Positions 31,539 through 41,081 of a stretch of 64,000 bases of DNA are shown here, in pieces; the stretch's first letter is position 1; each line of letters begins with the position of its first letter. The notes under the pieces were generated by a model that did no database searches, had not been told where the DNA came from, and saw only the letters and a list, made by a program, of their open reading frames with translations. The DNA comes from Candidatus Latescibacterota bacterium (GTDB taxonomy: Bacteria; Latescibacterota; UBA2968; UBA8231): assembly GCA_965203175.1 (NCBI GenBank), contig OZ241867.1:1024001-1088000 (forward strand). The letters run 5' to 3'. The translations under genes and the position numbers were made by a program.

Positions 31539-31619
31539 GCCCATTGCTCCCCGAAGAGAGCCGCTCTATACTATGCCTTTAACGCTGACACACGACCCCC
31601 ACCCAGAGAAAGGACCAAA

Positions 31620-32588
31620 ATGTCGGACAACGCACCCAAGGGCGCAGTGACCAACCCATTTGCCCTCAGCACGGACGACGGCTACACCTGGCTCAAGGGC
31701 AACCTCCACTCGCACACGACCAATTCCGACGGCAGGGCCACGCCGCAAGAGCGGCTCGACGGCTATGTCGGCCAGGGCTACGACTTCCTCTGCCTGTCCG
31801 ACCACCACAAACTCACCTTTATCGATACCGTGCAGGCCCCAGGCGACTTCGTGCTCATCCAGGGGGCCGAACTGCATCCGGACAATCCCTTCGGCGGCCA
31901 GCGGCACCACTTCGTCTGTCTCAATTTCCACGAGGACATAAACGCGGAGAAGATGCCGCCCCAGCACGTCATCGACGAGGTCCGCCGCCAAGGCGGTGCT
32001 GTCTGGCTGGCTCACCCCCATTGGAGTTCGATCAATATCCTGCGCGACGCGGTGCCGCTTTCAGGGTTCGCCGGCATTGAGGTCTTCAACACCACCTGTC
32101 GCTGCGCCGGACGCGGCGAGTCGAGCGTGCATTGGGACGACTGGATGGACCTAGAGGATCGCCTCTACCCCGCGCTGGCCAACGACGATTCGCACGCCCT
32201 CGAAGCCGACCAGCGCGACACGTACCAGGGCTGGACTTGGGTCCGAGTCAAAGAGCGCACCGCCGACGCAGTCGTCGCCGCTCTAGTCGCGGGCGCGTCG
32301 TACGCCAGCACCGGTCCCGCAATCCACGACATCCAGCTCCGCCGCACCGACCGCGAGGGTGACGACCGCACCCAAGTCGAAGCCACAGTGTCCTGCTCGC
32401 CGGCGCAGCGCATCGTCGGAGTGTCCGACTCTTTCGGCACCGAGTACCACCAGCACGGTGACCTCTTCGAGACCGCGACCTTTGCGCTCAGGGCCAACGC
32501 CCGCTGGGTGCGCTTCGAGATCGTCGACGAACGCGGCCGCAAGGCGTGGTCCAATCCGTTTGACCTGACCGTACTCGAACGGGCCTAA
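31620..32588 (+). CDS. PHP-domain metallohydrolase (CehA/McbA-like)
   Basis: GNLHSHT..SDG, SDH, AHP, ANDDSH and AWSNP. Confidence 0.85.
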   Translation: MSDNAPKGAVTNPFALSTDDGYTWLKGNLHSHTTNSDGRATPQERLDGYVGQGYDFLCLSDHHKLTFIDTVQAPGDFVLIQGAELHPDNPFGGQRHHFVCLNFHEDINAEKMPPQHVIDEVRRQGGAVWLAHPHWSSINILRDAVPLSGFAGIEVFNTTCRCAGRGESSVHWDDWMDLEDRLYPALANDDSHALEADQRDTYQGWTWVRVKERTADAVVAALVAGASYASTGPAIHDIQLRRTDREGDDRTQVEATVSCSPAQRIVGVSDSFGTEYHQHGDLFETATFALRANARWVRFEIVDERGRKAWSNPFDLTVLERA

Positions 32589-32594
32589 TCGGAT

Positions 32595-33842
32595 CTATTT
32601 CTGCGTCGGCACGCGGCGCGACCAATCTTGCTTGTCAACCCAGCGCTGCTGTTCAAGGGCCATTTGCTGGGCCTTGTCGTAGTAGTGGGGATTGTTCGAC
32701 AAGGGATGGTTGGCGCGGATCGCCCCTTCGGGGAAGAGATACCAGTCCTCGCGGCCCACTACATAGCCGCGAATGTGGGCGCGGGGCGCATCGTCGGTGA
32801 TGTAATTGACTACGTAGAGCGTCCCGTCGGGTAGTTGCACCCAGCCCGAATAGCCGCTGTCGGCCGACAGGGCGCGGTCGTTGTCCAAAAAGGCGAAGCG
32901 GGCCTCAGTGTCGCCCTGGGATTGCTCTGGGTCGGCTGAAGCACTCGCCCGGGCAGGTGAGCCGCGCAAAGCCTCCGCCGCGGTCTCCACGTAGAGTCCC
33001 AAGGAAGTAGCAAGGCCGCAGGCGACCCGATAGGTAATGGCCACCTCCCCCGAGCGCAGGCGACCAACCGAGGGGCGGCCCAGACAGCGCATCATGTGCG
33101 TGCGCACCGGCACCGACCACGTCCGGCCGCCATCGCCGGAAAAGCTCTTCCAGCCGCTCAGGCCCTCGCCGTCCTCGCGCATGTAGAGCACCAAGGTGCC
33201 GTCGCCCATTTCGGCAAAATCCCCCTCGTTCAAGCGCCAAGGCCCCCCGGTGCAGGGCGCACCTTCGGGGTCGGGCACCTTGAAAGGACCTTCCCACATC
33301 TGGCCCCGGTCGGCGGACAGATAGCACGTCTGCACTTCGACGAAATCCTCAGTCCCCCGCTGGCCGGGCCACTGCTCGGTGAGGCCGACGATCAGGTCGC
33401 CGTTGGATAGTTCCTTGATGGAGGGGACGATGCCCTCAGTCATGCCGGTCTCCTCCGGCCCCTCCCACGTGGCTCCGTTGTCGTGGCTGCGCAACAGGAG
33501 GTTCATGCAGATGCCCGGCTCCAAGTATTCTTCAAAGGTATTCTTGAGTAGCAAGTCGACGATGAGCAGCAAAGTCCCGTCGCGGCAGGCGGCGATGCGC
33601 GAGCAATTGAGCCGTCCCAGCCCTTGGGCAGTTTCCCCCTCAGTGCGCTCTACCACCACTTGGCGCGGGCTCCAAGTCAGGCCGCGGTCGAAGCTGCGGC
33701 GCACGATTATGCGCGAAAAGGGACGTGAACTGTGTCCCATGCTCTCGCGATACGTGCATACCAAGGTGCCGTCGGCCGCTTGGGCCACATCGGCGAAGGC
33801 CTCATAGATCTCGTCGTTGCGCGATACAGTGATCGTCTGCAT
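32595..33842 (-). CDS. Sialidase/BNR-repeat family protein
   Basis: Asp boxes SFDRGLTW, SHDNGATW, SADRGQMW and SGDGGRTW, plus DSGYS. Confidence 0.85.
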   Translation of the reverse strand: MQTITVSRNDEIYEAFADVAQAADGTLVCTYRESMGHSSRPFSRIIVRRSFDRGLTWSPRQVVVERTEGETAQGLGRLNCSRIAACRDGTLLLIVDLLLKNTFEEYLEPGICMNLLLRSHDNGATWEGPEETGMTEGIVPSIKELSNGDLIVGLTEQWPGQRGTEDFVEVQTCYLSADRGQMWEGPFKVPDPEGAPCTGGPWRLNEGDFAEMGDGTLVLYMREDGEGLSGWKSFSGDGGRTWSVPVRTHMMRCLGRPSVGRLRSGEVAITYRVACGLATSLGLYVETAAEALRGSPARASASADPEQSQGDTEARFAFLDNDRALSADSGYSGWVQLPDGTLYVVNYITDDAPRAHIRGYVVGREDWYLFPEGAIRANHPLSNNPHYYDKAQQMALEQQRWVDKQDWSRRVPTQK

Positions 33843-33987
33843 GGTTGCCTCTCGGTTTTGGGTGAGTGCATGACAATATACGATACGACTGGATTGCCGC
33901 CGGATGGTGGCTTGCCCCCCCAACCCCCTTCTCCTACCTTCCCTCTCCAAATCCGCTAATACCGCCCCCTGTCGAGAGACCAACATC

Positions 33988-35181
33988 ATGGCCGACCGCC
34001 CCAGAATCGCCGGCATCGTCACCGAGTACCGCAAGTACTCCCACGCCCAGCACATCTGCGACCGCTTCCTCGAAGGCTACGGCTGGAACAGCCGGCACCA
34101 CCGCCCGCCCATGGATCTGGTCTCCCTGTACGTGGATCAGCGTCCCGAAGGCGATCTAAGCCAAGATCGGGCGACCCGCTTTCCCCACATGGTGATCTAT
34201 CCCACCGTCGCCGACGCTCTGACGTTGGGCGGGTCAGATTTGGCCGTTGACGGCGTCCTACTCATCGCCGAGCACGGCACCTACGGGCGCAATGAAAAGG
34301 ACCAACACCTCTACCCGCGCTACGAGCTTTTCAAACAGATCGCCTCAGTCTATCGCACGACCGGCAAGAGCGCGCCCGTGTTCAACGATAAGCATCTCTC
34401 TTGGAATTGGGACTGGTGCCAAGAGATGTACGATGTCTCGCAAGAGCTCGACTTCGCCTTCATGGCTGGCTCGTCGCTGCCCGTTACCTGGCGCACCCCC
34501 TCGCTCGACATGCCCCTTGGTGCCGAGGTCGAAGAAGCAGTCTGCGTCTGCTATGGCGGCGTCGATAGCTACGACTTCCACGGCTTGGAGACCTTGCAGT
34601 GCATGGTCGAGCGCAGAAAGGGCGGCGAGACCGGCGTCAAATGGCTCCGGGCCTACCGCGACGATGCCTTCTGGCAAGCGCACGCCGAGGGTGTGTGGTC
34701 GCGCGAGCTTTTTGAAGCCTGCCTCTGCCGCAGCCACACGCTCACCCCAGCAAGACCCGGGTTCAACAATCCCTTCCCCACCATCGACGAACTCAAGCAC
34801 CTAGTCGAGAGCCCCGTCGCCTACCAGTACGAGCACGCCGACGGCCTCCTCTCAACCATGATGCTAATGAACGGATTAGTCCAAGATTTCAACTTCGCCG
34901 CTCGGCTCACGGGACAGGACGAGCCGCTCTCGACTCAGATGTACTTGCCCATGCCCCCGGCCCGCACCACGCTGGCCAATTTCTTCAGCCCGCTGGCCAA
35001 CAACATCGAGCAGATGTTCCTGACCGGCAAAGCAACCTATCCAGTCGAACGCACCCTGCTCACTTCGGGCTTGGTCATCGCCGGCGTCGATAGCCTTCAG
35101 CAAGATCAGATCCAAGTCGAGACGCCCCACCTAAACATCGCCTACCAAGCCACCGAAGAATCCACTTTTTGGAGGACCTAG
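33988..35181 (+). CDS. Conserved hypothetical oxidoreductase-like protein, paralog 1
   Basis: SHAQHI, SLYVDQ, DGVLLIAEHG, FNDKHLS and AGSSLPVTWR. Confidence 0.7.
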   Translation: MADRPRIAGIVTEYRKYSHAQHICDRFLEGYGWNSRHHRPPMDLVSLYVDQRPEGDLSQDRATRFPHMVIYPTVADALTLGGSDLAVDGVLLIAEHGTYGRNEKDQHLYPRYELFKQIASVYRTTGKSAPVFNDKHLSWNWDWCQEMYDVSQELDFAFMAGSSLPVTWRTPSLDMPLGAEVEEAVCVCYGGVDSYDFHGLETLQCMVERRKGGETGVKWLRAYRDDAFWQAHAEGVWSRELFEACLCRSHTLTPARPGFNNPFPTIDELKHLVESPVAYQYEHADGLLSTMMLMNGLVQDFNFAARLTGQDEPLSTQMYLPMPPARTTLANFFSPLANNIEQMFLTGKATYPVERTLLTSGLVIAGVDSLQQDQIQVETPHLNIAYQATEESTFWRT

Positions 35182-35229
35182 TTTCTCTTAAGGCCCCCCT
35201 CGCCTCTTTCCCTGGAGCTTTCGTCGCCC

Positions 35230-36411
35230 ATGGCCACCAAACGCATCGCCGTCATCGCTACCATCTATCGCTACCTCTCGCACGCCCAGCACTTTGCCGA
35301 CCGCTTCGTAGTCGGCTATCCCCACGGCGGCCGCTGGCACCGTCCCGACTGCAAAATCGTCTCGCTCTACGTCGATCAGCAGCCCGAAGGCGACCAAAGC
35401 CAAGACCGGGCGCGCGAATTCGACTTCTCAGTGTACCCCACTATCGCCGAGGCCCTGCGCTGCGGCGGCGATGAGCTAGCCTGCGACGCAGTGCTGATCA
35501 TCGGCGAGCACGGCGAGTACCCCAGAAACGACAAAGGACAGGTTCTGTACCCGCGCTACGAGTTCTTCAAAGAATGCGTCGAGGTCTTTGAAGAAGACGG
35601 CCGCACCGCGCCCATCTACAACGACAAGCATCTCTCCTACAGCTTTGACAAGGCGCGAGAAATGGTCGACGACGGCCACCGGCTCGACTTTCCGATTCTC
35701 GCCGGTTCCTCGCTGCCGGTCACTTGGCGTCTGCCCGATGTCGAACTGCCCTTGGGCTGCCAAATCGAAGAGGCGCTGATGGTCGGCGTCGGCGGCTCCG
35801 ACCCCATGGATTACCACGCGCTAGAGGCCATGCAGTGCATGATCGAGCGCCGCTCAGGCGGCGAGACCGGAGTCAAATCCGTGCAATTGATCGAAGGAGA
35901 CGATGTGTGGAAGGCGGGTGAGGACGGCCGCTATTCGCTAAGATTGCTCGACTCCGCCCTCTCGCGCAGCGACTCTCCTTGCGGCAAGACCGACGAGGAC
36001 GGCCGCACCCAAGACCTGCTCGGCAACGGCGAGTTGCCCCGGCTCGTCAAAGAGCCAGCCGCGTACTTCATCGAGCACAACGACGGCCTCAAGACGACCC
36101 TCCTGATGCTCAACGGTGCCATCCGCGACTACTGCTTCGCCTGCAAGATAGCTGGCGAAGACGATCCCATCTCGACCCAATTTTTCTTGCCCCCGACGCC
36201 CAACGTCACGTACTCGGCCTGTCTGGTGGCCAAGATCTGGGAAATGATCGAAACCGGCCAAGCGCCCTTTCCCGCCGAGCGCACCCTCATCGTCAGCGGC
36301 GCGCTCGAAAGCTGCCTGACCTCCAAAGTAGAGGGCCACAAACTGCTTGAAACGCCCCACCTCAAGGTGGAGTACCAAGCGCCAGCCGAATCGCATCACG
36401 GCCGCTTCTAA
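35230..36411 (+). CDS. Conserved hypothetical oxidoreductase-like protein, paralog 2
   Basis: Same motif set as the upstream gene: SHAQHF, SLYVDQ, YNDKHLS and AGSSLPVTWR. Confidence 0.7.
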   Translation: MATKRIAVIATIYRYLSHAQHFADRFVVGYPHGGRWHRPDCKIVSLYVDQQPEGDQSQDRAREFDFSVYPTIAEALRCGGDELACDAVLIIGEHGEYPRNDKGQVLYPRYEFFKECVEVFEEDGRTAPIYNDKHLSYSFDKAREMVDDGHRLDFPILAGSSLPVTWRLPDVELPLGCQIEEALMVGVGGSDPMDYHALEAMQCMIERRSGGETGVKSVQLIEGDDVWKAGEDGRYSLRLLDSALSRSDSPCGKTDEDGRTQDLLGNGELPRLVKEPAAYFIEHNDGLKTTLLMLNGAIRDYCFACKIAGEDDPISTQFFLPPTPNVTYSACLVAKIWEMIETGQAPFPAERTLIVSGALESCLTSKVEGHKLLETPHLKVEYQAPAESHHGRF

Positions 36412-36445
36412 CAACTTAGATCAACCTGTAGAAAGGAAGCATCCT

Positions 36446-37465
36446 ATGTCCTCCATCCCCACGCGCGCTTTGCGCACCGGCGTCGAGCTAAGCACGCTCG
36501 GCTTTGGCGGTGCCCCTTTGGGCGAGCTTTTCGACCCGGTCAGCGAAACCCAAGCCCAAGACACCCTGCAAGCGGCCTGGGACGCTGGTATCCGCTACTA
36601 CGACACCGCTCCGTTCTACGGTTACGGCAAAAGCGAACACCGCCTCGGCTACTTTCTCCGCCAGCAGGAGCGCAAGGACTTCGTCCTCTCGACTAAGGTC
36701 GGCCGAGTGCTCACAGCCACCCGCGACCTCGATTCTTTCGAGAAGGGCTTCTGGATCGGCGGCCTGCCCTTTGACTATCGCTTCGACTACGGGTACGACG
36801 GCATCATGCGCTCGTGGGAAGACAGCTTGCAGCGGCTGGGTCTCAATTCCATTGATCTACTCCTAATCCACGACCTCGACAGCTTTTTCCACGACAGCGA
36901 GCAGCGCTTCTCCGCTCACCTCAACCACCTAATCACCAGCGGCTGGCGCGCCCTCGACGAGCTGCGTTCCCAGGGACTGATCAAGGCCGTTGGCGCGGGC
37001 CTCAATCGCATGGGGGCCATGCCGCGCCTGCTCGACGGGGTTGACCTCGACTTCTGCATCGTCGCCATGCCCTATACGCTCTTGGACCAAGACTCCCTCG
37101 ACGAGGAATTCCCCCTCTGCGAGGAGCGCGACGTGCGCATCGTCATCGGCGCGGTCTTTGCTTCCGGCATCCTCGCCTCCGGCCCAGTCGAAGGTGCCCG
37201 CTACGCCTATGACACCGCCTCGCCCGAAATCCTCGCAAAGACCCGCCGCATCCAAGCCGTCTGCCAGCGGCACGACGTGCCCTTGCCCGCCGCCGCCATG
37301 CAGTTCCCGCTCGGAAACCCCCTCGTTGCGGCCATTATCCCCGGCGCGCTCACACCAGAGCATATCGAGACCAACGCACAGCGATTTCAGCACGAAATAC
37401 CAACGGACCTGTGGGCCGAGCTAAAGGCGGAAGGCCTGTTGCGCGAAGATGCGCCGACGCCGTAA
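36446..37465 (+). CDS. Aldo/keto reductase (D-threo-aldose/L-fucose dehydrogenase-like)
   Basis: GIRYYDTAPFYG, LSTKVGR, LLLIHD and FASGIL. AAGGAAG RBS present. Confidence 0.88.
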   Translation: MSSIPTRALRTGVELSTLGFGGAPLGELFDPVSETQAQDTLQAAWDAGIRYYDTAPFYGYGKSEHRLGYFLRQQERKDFVLSTKVGRVLTATRDLDSFEKGFWIGGLPFDYRFDYGYDGIMRSWEDSLQRLGLNSIDLLLIHDLDSFFHDSEQRFSAHLNHLITSGWRALDELRSQGLIKAVGAGLNRMGAMPRLLDGVDLDFCIVAMPYTLLDQDSLDEEFPLCEERDVRIVIGAVFASGILASGPVEGARYAYDTASPEILAKTRRIQAVCQRHDVPLPAAAMQFPLGNPLVAAIIPGALTPEHIETNAQRFQHEIPTDLWAELKAEGLLREDAPTP

Positions 37466-37492
37466 GGAATCCCAAGGCGGACGAGGTCAACG

Positions 37493-40400
37493 ATGAACCA
37501 CGCGCCCCCGAGCCAGAAGGCATTCGGGCACATCCTCGGACAGCAATACACAGTTTTCGACGGGCTGGCTGGGATGTACGTGGAAGACATCTACCAAGAC
37601 CGCCACGGCCTCCTCTGGATCGGCACAACCGACGGCGGCGTAAGCCGGTTTGACGGAGCGCATTTTGACACCTTCGGCCTGTCGGACGGGCTGCCCCATC
37701 TCACCGTAACAACTATTGTCGAAAACGCGGACGGACGGCTGTTATTCGGCACGTTCGGCGGCGGGCTGGCTGCATACGACGGGCGCGGCTTTCAGGTGTA
37801 CACCACCGAACACGGGCTGCCTTCCAACGAAATATTGGGCTTACAAACCCAAGCCGACAGCTCGGTGTGGGTGCTAACCACAGCGGGAGTGGGTCGGTTC
37901 GTCGAAGGACGGTGCGTAAAATGCACGACGGAACTAGCGGGTCAGCCTCTAGGACTGGTGTACGATATGGCGACCGACTCGGCGGGCACGACTTGGCTGG
38001 CGACGCAGGGGCGCGGAGTCCTCAGCATGGATGGCCAGCGCATGAACACAGACTCAGGCGATGATCACGACGCGATGCAATTGCAGTGGCCTTGGAATTT
38101 CGCTCAAGACGCTGCTGGCAACCTGTGGATTGCTTTCCGTTACGTAGGCGCAGAAGTAGTTGTCGGTCGCTACGGTCCCGCGAGCCAACAATTCGAGAGC
38201 ATCCGCGCGGACGATGGGGCTGAGGGGGCGGAAGTCGTCCAGCATGGAACGCGCCATGTGCGCGTGGACGACCGCGATCGGCTCTGGCTGAGCCGCCGGG
38301 GCGTGCTAATGTACGACGGAGAGAAATGGCATCCTTTCTCAGCCGGCTTACCGGATGTTCACTTTTCGGATACGCGCCTGACCTACGAGGATAGCGAGGG
38401 GAATATTTGGGTGGGGCTGTGGGGTGGCGGGCTGATCTTTTGCGATCCAATCAGTATTCAGCTATACGACAAAAAAGACGGCCTACCCGACAACGAGGTT
38501 CGGTGTCTGAGGGAAGACCAAGAGGGCCGGATCTGGATTGGCACGACCGGAGGCTTAGCCTGCTTAGAGGACAGCCGGATCCGTCCGGTGGAGGTCGGTT
38601 ATACCGTCTTATCTATGGCAGTAGATCGACAAGGGCAGGTTTGGAGTGGCGGCCCCGATGGACAAGTATTCAAGTCGGTAGGCAGAGAAACCCAAGCGAT
38701 CGCGGTGATCGCAGGGGGTGTAGAAATCGAGATGTTGTTCCAAGGCCGAGAAGGGGACTTACTCGCCTGCACTTCCAAGGGGCAACTAGGACGGATCGAA
38801 GCGAACCGCTTCATCGAGATTGAGGAGCTGCAATCTCAGGACTGTAGAGTCGTGCTACAGGATCGAGAAGGCTCCTTCTGGATCGGCCTCTATGGAATAA
38901 GGCCGGCTCTATACAATTACAAGGACGGTCATCTTTGCGCGTATGACATGGCCGGCATGGAAGCCGTCGTTTATGTGAATGCTTTGTGCGAGTACCAGGA
39001 CGCGATTTGGGTGGGAACCGTCCATGGCCTTTTCGCCATTGACTACCAAGCCAAAGAGGTGCGCCAGTTTACAGTTGACCAAGGCGATCTGTCCGCCAAT
39101 GGCATTCTGGCCTTGGTGGCCGACCCGCAGCAAGCATGCCTGTGGATTGGGACCAGCGGCGGTGGGGTGCTGAAATACGACGGTCGGACCTTCCAAAGCA
39201 TCCGTCTCGGAAAGTCCGCTCTTGAGAATGTCGTCGAAGCCATTCTGCGCGATAGCCAAGGTCGGCTGTGGTTCGGAACGCGGGCCGGTCTCATTGCGTA
39301 TCAGCCCGGGGAGACGCCGCCTCGCATCCGCATCCGCCAAATCGTGGCCGGGCGCACTTTCGACGAACCCCAAGCCGTGTCCTGCCCGGATAGCACGCCC
39401 GAGATTCAGTTCCACTTCCAAGGCCTCAGCTTCAGGAGCGGGGCCGAGCAGATGCGCTACAGCCATCGGCTCGTCGGCCACGGCCCGGCCGACGAGTGGA
39501 GCGCGTTCGCGCCTGCCAATAGAGTGACGTACCAAGACGTGCCGGCTGGCCTGTTTCACTTTGAAGTGCGGACCGTAGATCGGGATGGCTTGATGTCGGA
39601 CATAGCTCGCCTAGAAGTGCGAGTGGTACCTACCCACCTCCGGCGTCTAGAGCAAATGCTGCGGGTCTCGAATCAGGGTTTTCTCAGCCAGAGCCAAGCC
39701 ATGGCACGGCTCTTCGAACAGGTCGAATCAATGGCCGAGACGGATATGACAGTGCTGGTGCTGGGCGAGACTGGAGTCGGCAAGGGAGTGCTGGCGCGGC
39801 TCCTCCACAACCTCAGTCCGCGCCAAGCGAATCCCTTTATACCGGTCAATTGCGGAGGCCTGTCCGCCGGCCTGATCGAAAGCGAACTGTTCGGCCACGA
39901 AAAGGGAGCCTTTACCAGCGCGGATGCGCAAAAGATCGGCTACTTTGAACGAGCCGATGGCGGCACTTTGTTCCTCGACGAGGTGGGCGATCTGCCCTTA
40001 GACTCCCAACGGGCCTTGCTCCACATCTTGGAGGAGGGCCACCTGACGCGCGTCGGCGGCGAGCAGTCCATCCCGGTAGATGTGCGGGTCGTCGCCGCGA
40101 CCAACAAGGACCTGGAAGAGGCTATTCAGGCGGGGACGTTCCGCGAGGATCTGTTCTATCGGCTGAGCGTACTCTCCTTAGTACTGCCGCCCCTGCGAGA
40201 GCGTCAGGAGGACATCCCGCTCTTGGCAACGCATTTTGCGAGCCGGTGTGCCGAACAGCTCGGGCGGCCAACGCCGGTTTTGGGCGAGGAGGTGGTGGCG
40301 CATTTGCAGCAATATGCGTGGCCGGGGAACGTGCGCGAGTTGGAGCACGTAATCCAGCAGGCAGTCGTGTTGGGCGACAGGGACGTCATTCAGGTGGCGG

Positions 40401-40633
40401 ACGTGCCGTTTCAGGCTGCCGAGGCGGAGCTTGCCCTGCCTGTTGAACAAGGGTTCGACTGGAGTGCTGAAGATGAGGACGAAAAGCAGCGCATTTCGGC
40501 GGCCCTCCAAGCCACCAACTGGCGGATCTATGGCCCCCGAGGGGCGGCTCGATTGTTGGGCATGGGACCGGAGAAGCTGCGGTATCGCATGCGCAAGCAT
40601 GGATTGCAACGACCAGAGAAGCCGTCGCAGTAA
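37493..40633 (+). CDS. Sigma54 enhancer-binding protein with an N-terminal Reg_prop beta-propeller and Y_Y_Y sensor
   Basis: DGL..D..G.LWIGT..G repeats, GETGVGK, ESELFGHEKGAFTSA, LFLDEVG, REDLFYRL, WPGNVREL and a Fis-type HTH. Confidence 0.93.
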   Translation: MNHAPPSQKAFGHILGQQYTVFDGLAGMYVEDIYQDRHGLLWIGTTDGGVSRFDGAHFDTFGLSDGLPHLTVTTIVENADGRLLFGTFGGGLAAYDGRGFQVYTTEHGLPSNEILGLQTQADSSVWVLTTAGVGRFVEGRCVKCTTELAGQPLGLVYDMATDSAGTTWLATQGRGVLSMDGQRMNTDSGDDHDAMQLQWPWNFAQDAAGNLWIAFRYVGAEVVVGRYGPASQQFESIRADDGAEGAEVVQHGTRHVRVDDRDRLWLSRRGVLMYDGEKWHPFSAGLPDVHFSDTRLTYEDSEGNIWVGLWGGGLIFCDPISIQLYDKKDGLPDNEVRCLREDQEGRIWIGTTGGLACLEDSRIRPVEVGYTVLSMAVDRQGQVWSGGPDGQVFKSVGRETQAIAVIAGGVEIEMLFQGREGDLLACTSKGQLGRIEANRFIEIEELQSQDCRVVLQDREGSFWIGLYGIRPALYNYKDGHLCAYDMAGMEAVVYVNALCEYQDAIWVGTVHGLFAIDYQAKEVRQFTVDQGDLSANGILALVADPQQACLWIGTSGGGVLKYDGRTFQSIRLGKSALENVVEAILRDSQGRLWFGTRAGLIAYQPGETPPRIRIRQIVAGRTFDEPQAVSCPDSTPEIQFHFQGLSFRSGAEQMRYSHRLVGHGPADEWSAFAPANRVTYQDVPAGLFHFEVRTVDRDGLMSDIARLEVRVVPTHLRRLEQMLRVSNQGFLSQSQAMARLFEQVESMAETDMTVLVLGETGVGKGVLARLLHNLSPRQANPFIPVNCGGLSAGLIESELFGHEKGAFTSADAQKIGYFERADGGTLFLDEVGDLPLDSQRALLHILEEGHLTRVGGEQSIPVDVRVVAATNKDLEEAIQAGTFREDLFYRLSVLSLVLPPLRERQEDIPLLATHFASRCAEQLGRPTPVLGEEVVAHLQQYAWPGNVRELEHVIQQAVVLGDRDVIQVADVPFQAAEAELALPVEQGFDWSAEDEDEKQRISAALQATNWRIYGPRGAARLLGMGPEKLRYRMRKHGLQRPEKPSQ

Positions 40634-40673
40634 GAGCCTGTCCGAAAATCACGGACTGACGCGTTCCTCCCCT

Positions 40674-40716
40674 TGTCATACTGAGCGCAGCGGAGTCGAA
40701 GCACCCCATACCCAAG
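40674..40716. repeat. REP-like intergenic element, copy 1
   Basis: TGTCATACTGAGCGCAGCGGAGTCGAAGCACCCCATACCCAAG, closely similar to 57584-57631. Confidence 0.6.
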
Positions 40717-40768
40717 GGGTCTAAGCGTAACATCTATTATGGATTAGAGAGGCTGCCGCTAATCTGTA

Positions 40769-40830
40769 AAAAATCGTTCAGAGTCGTTCAAAAATCGTTC
40801 AAAAATCGTTTATTTAAACGAAAAATCGTA
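40769..40830. promoter_or_regulatory. Tandem AAAAATCGTT repeats, candidate upstream activating sequences
   Basis: Five copies at about 10-11 bp phase plus the palindrome TCGTTTA-tt-TAAACGA (40806-40821), 125-190 bp upstream of the -24 box. Confidence 0.6.
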
Positions 40831-40954
40831 GATCAGCTTGCAACGCCATCCAATGTCTACCGCGTAGAGAAACATTTTTTTGCTATTTAAGTTCTATATT
40901 TTTCAATCCTTTAGGGTAACTCCTAAAGGATTTTTTTGTTCTCACCCCTGATAA

Positions 40955-40970
40955 TGGCACGAAATGTGCA
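40955..40970 (+). promoter_or_regulatory. Sigma54 -24/-12 promoter
   Basis: TGGCAC-GAAAT-GTGCA (GG-N10-GC), preceded by an AT-rich tract. Confidence 0.75.
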
Positions 40971-41081
40971 TTACGTCGATTCCAAGAGCCATAAAACAGT
41001 TTACGCAGTTTGGACGAAGACCTCTTATAGAGCAACAAACCGTCCACCAACCGTCCCTAGCCTTAGCAAAGGAGGCTTCAG

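Noticed and set aside
40769-40830. CRISPR array or iterons
   Set aside because: Units are 10-11 bp with no spacers, and no cas or rep gene is nearby. The same applies to the 21-bp pair at 49631.
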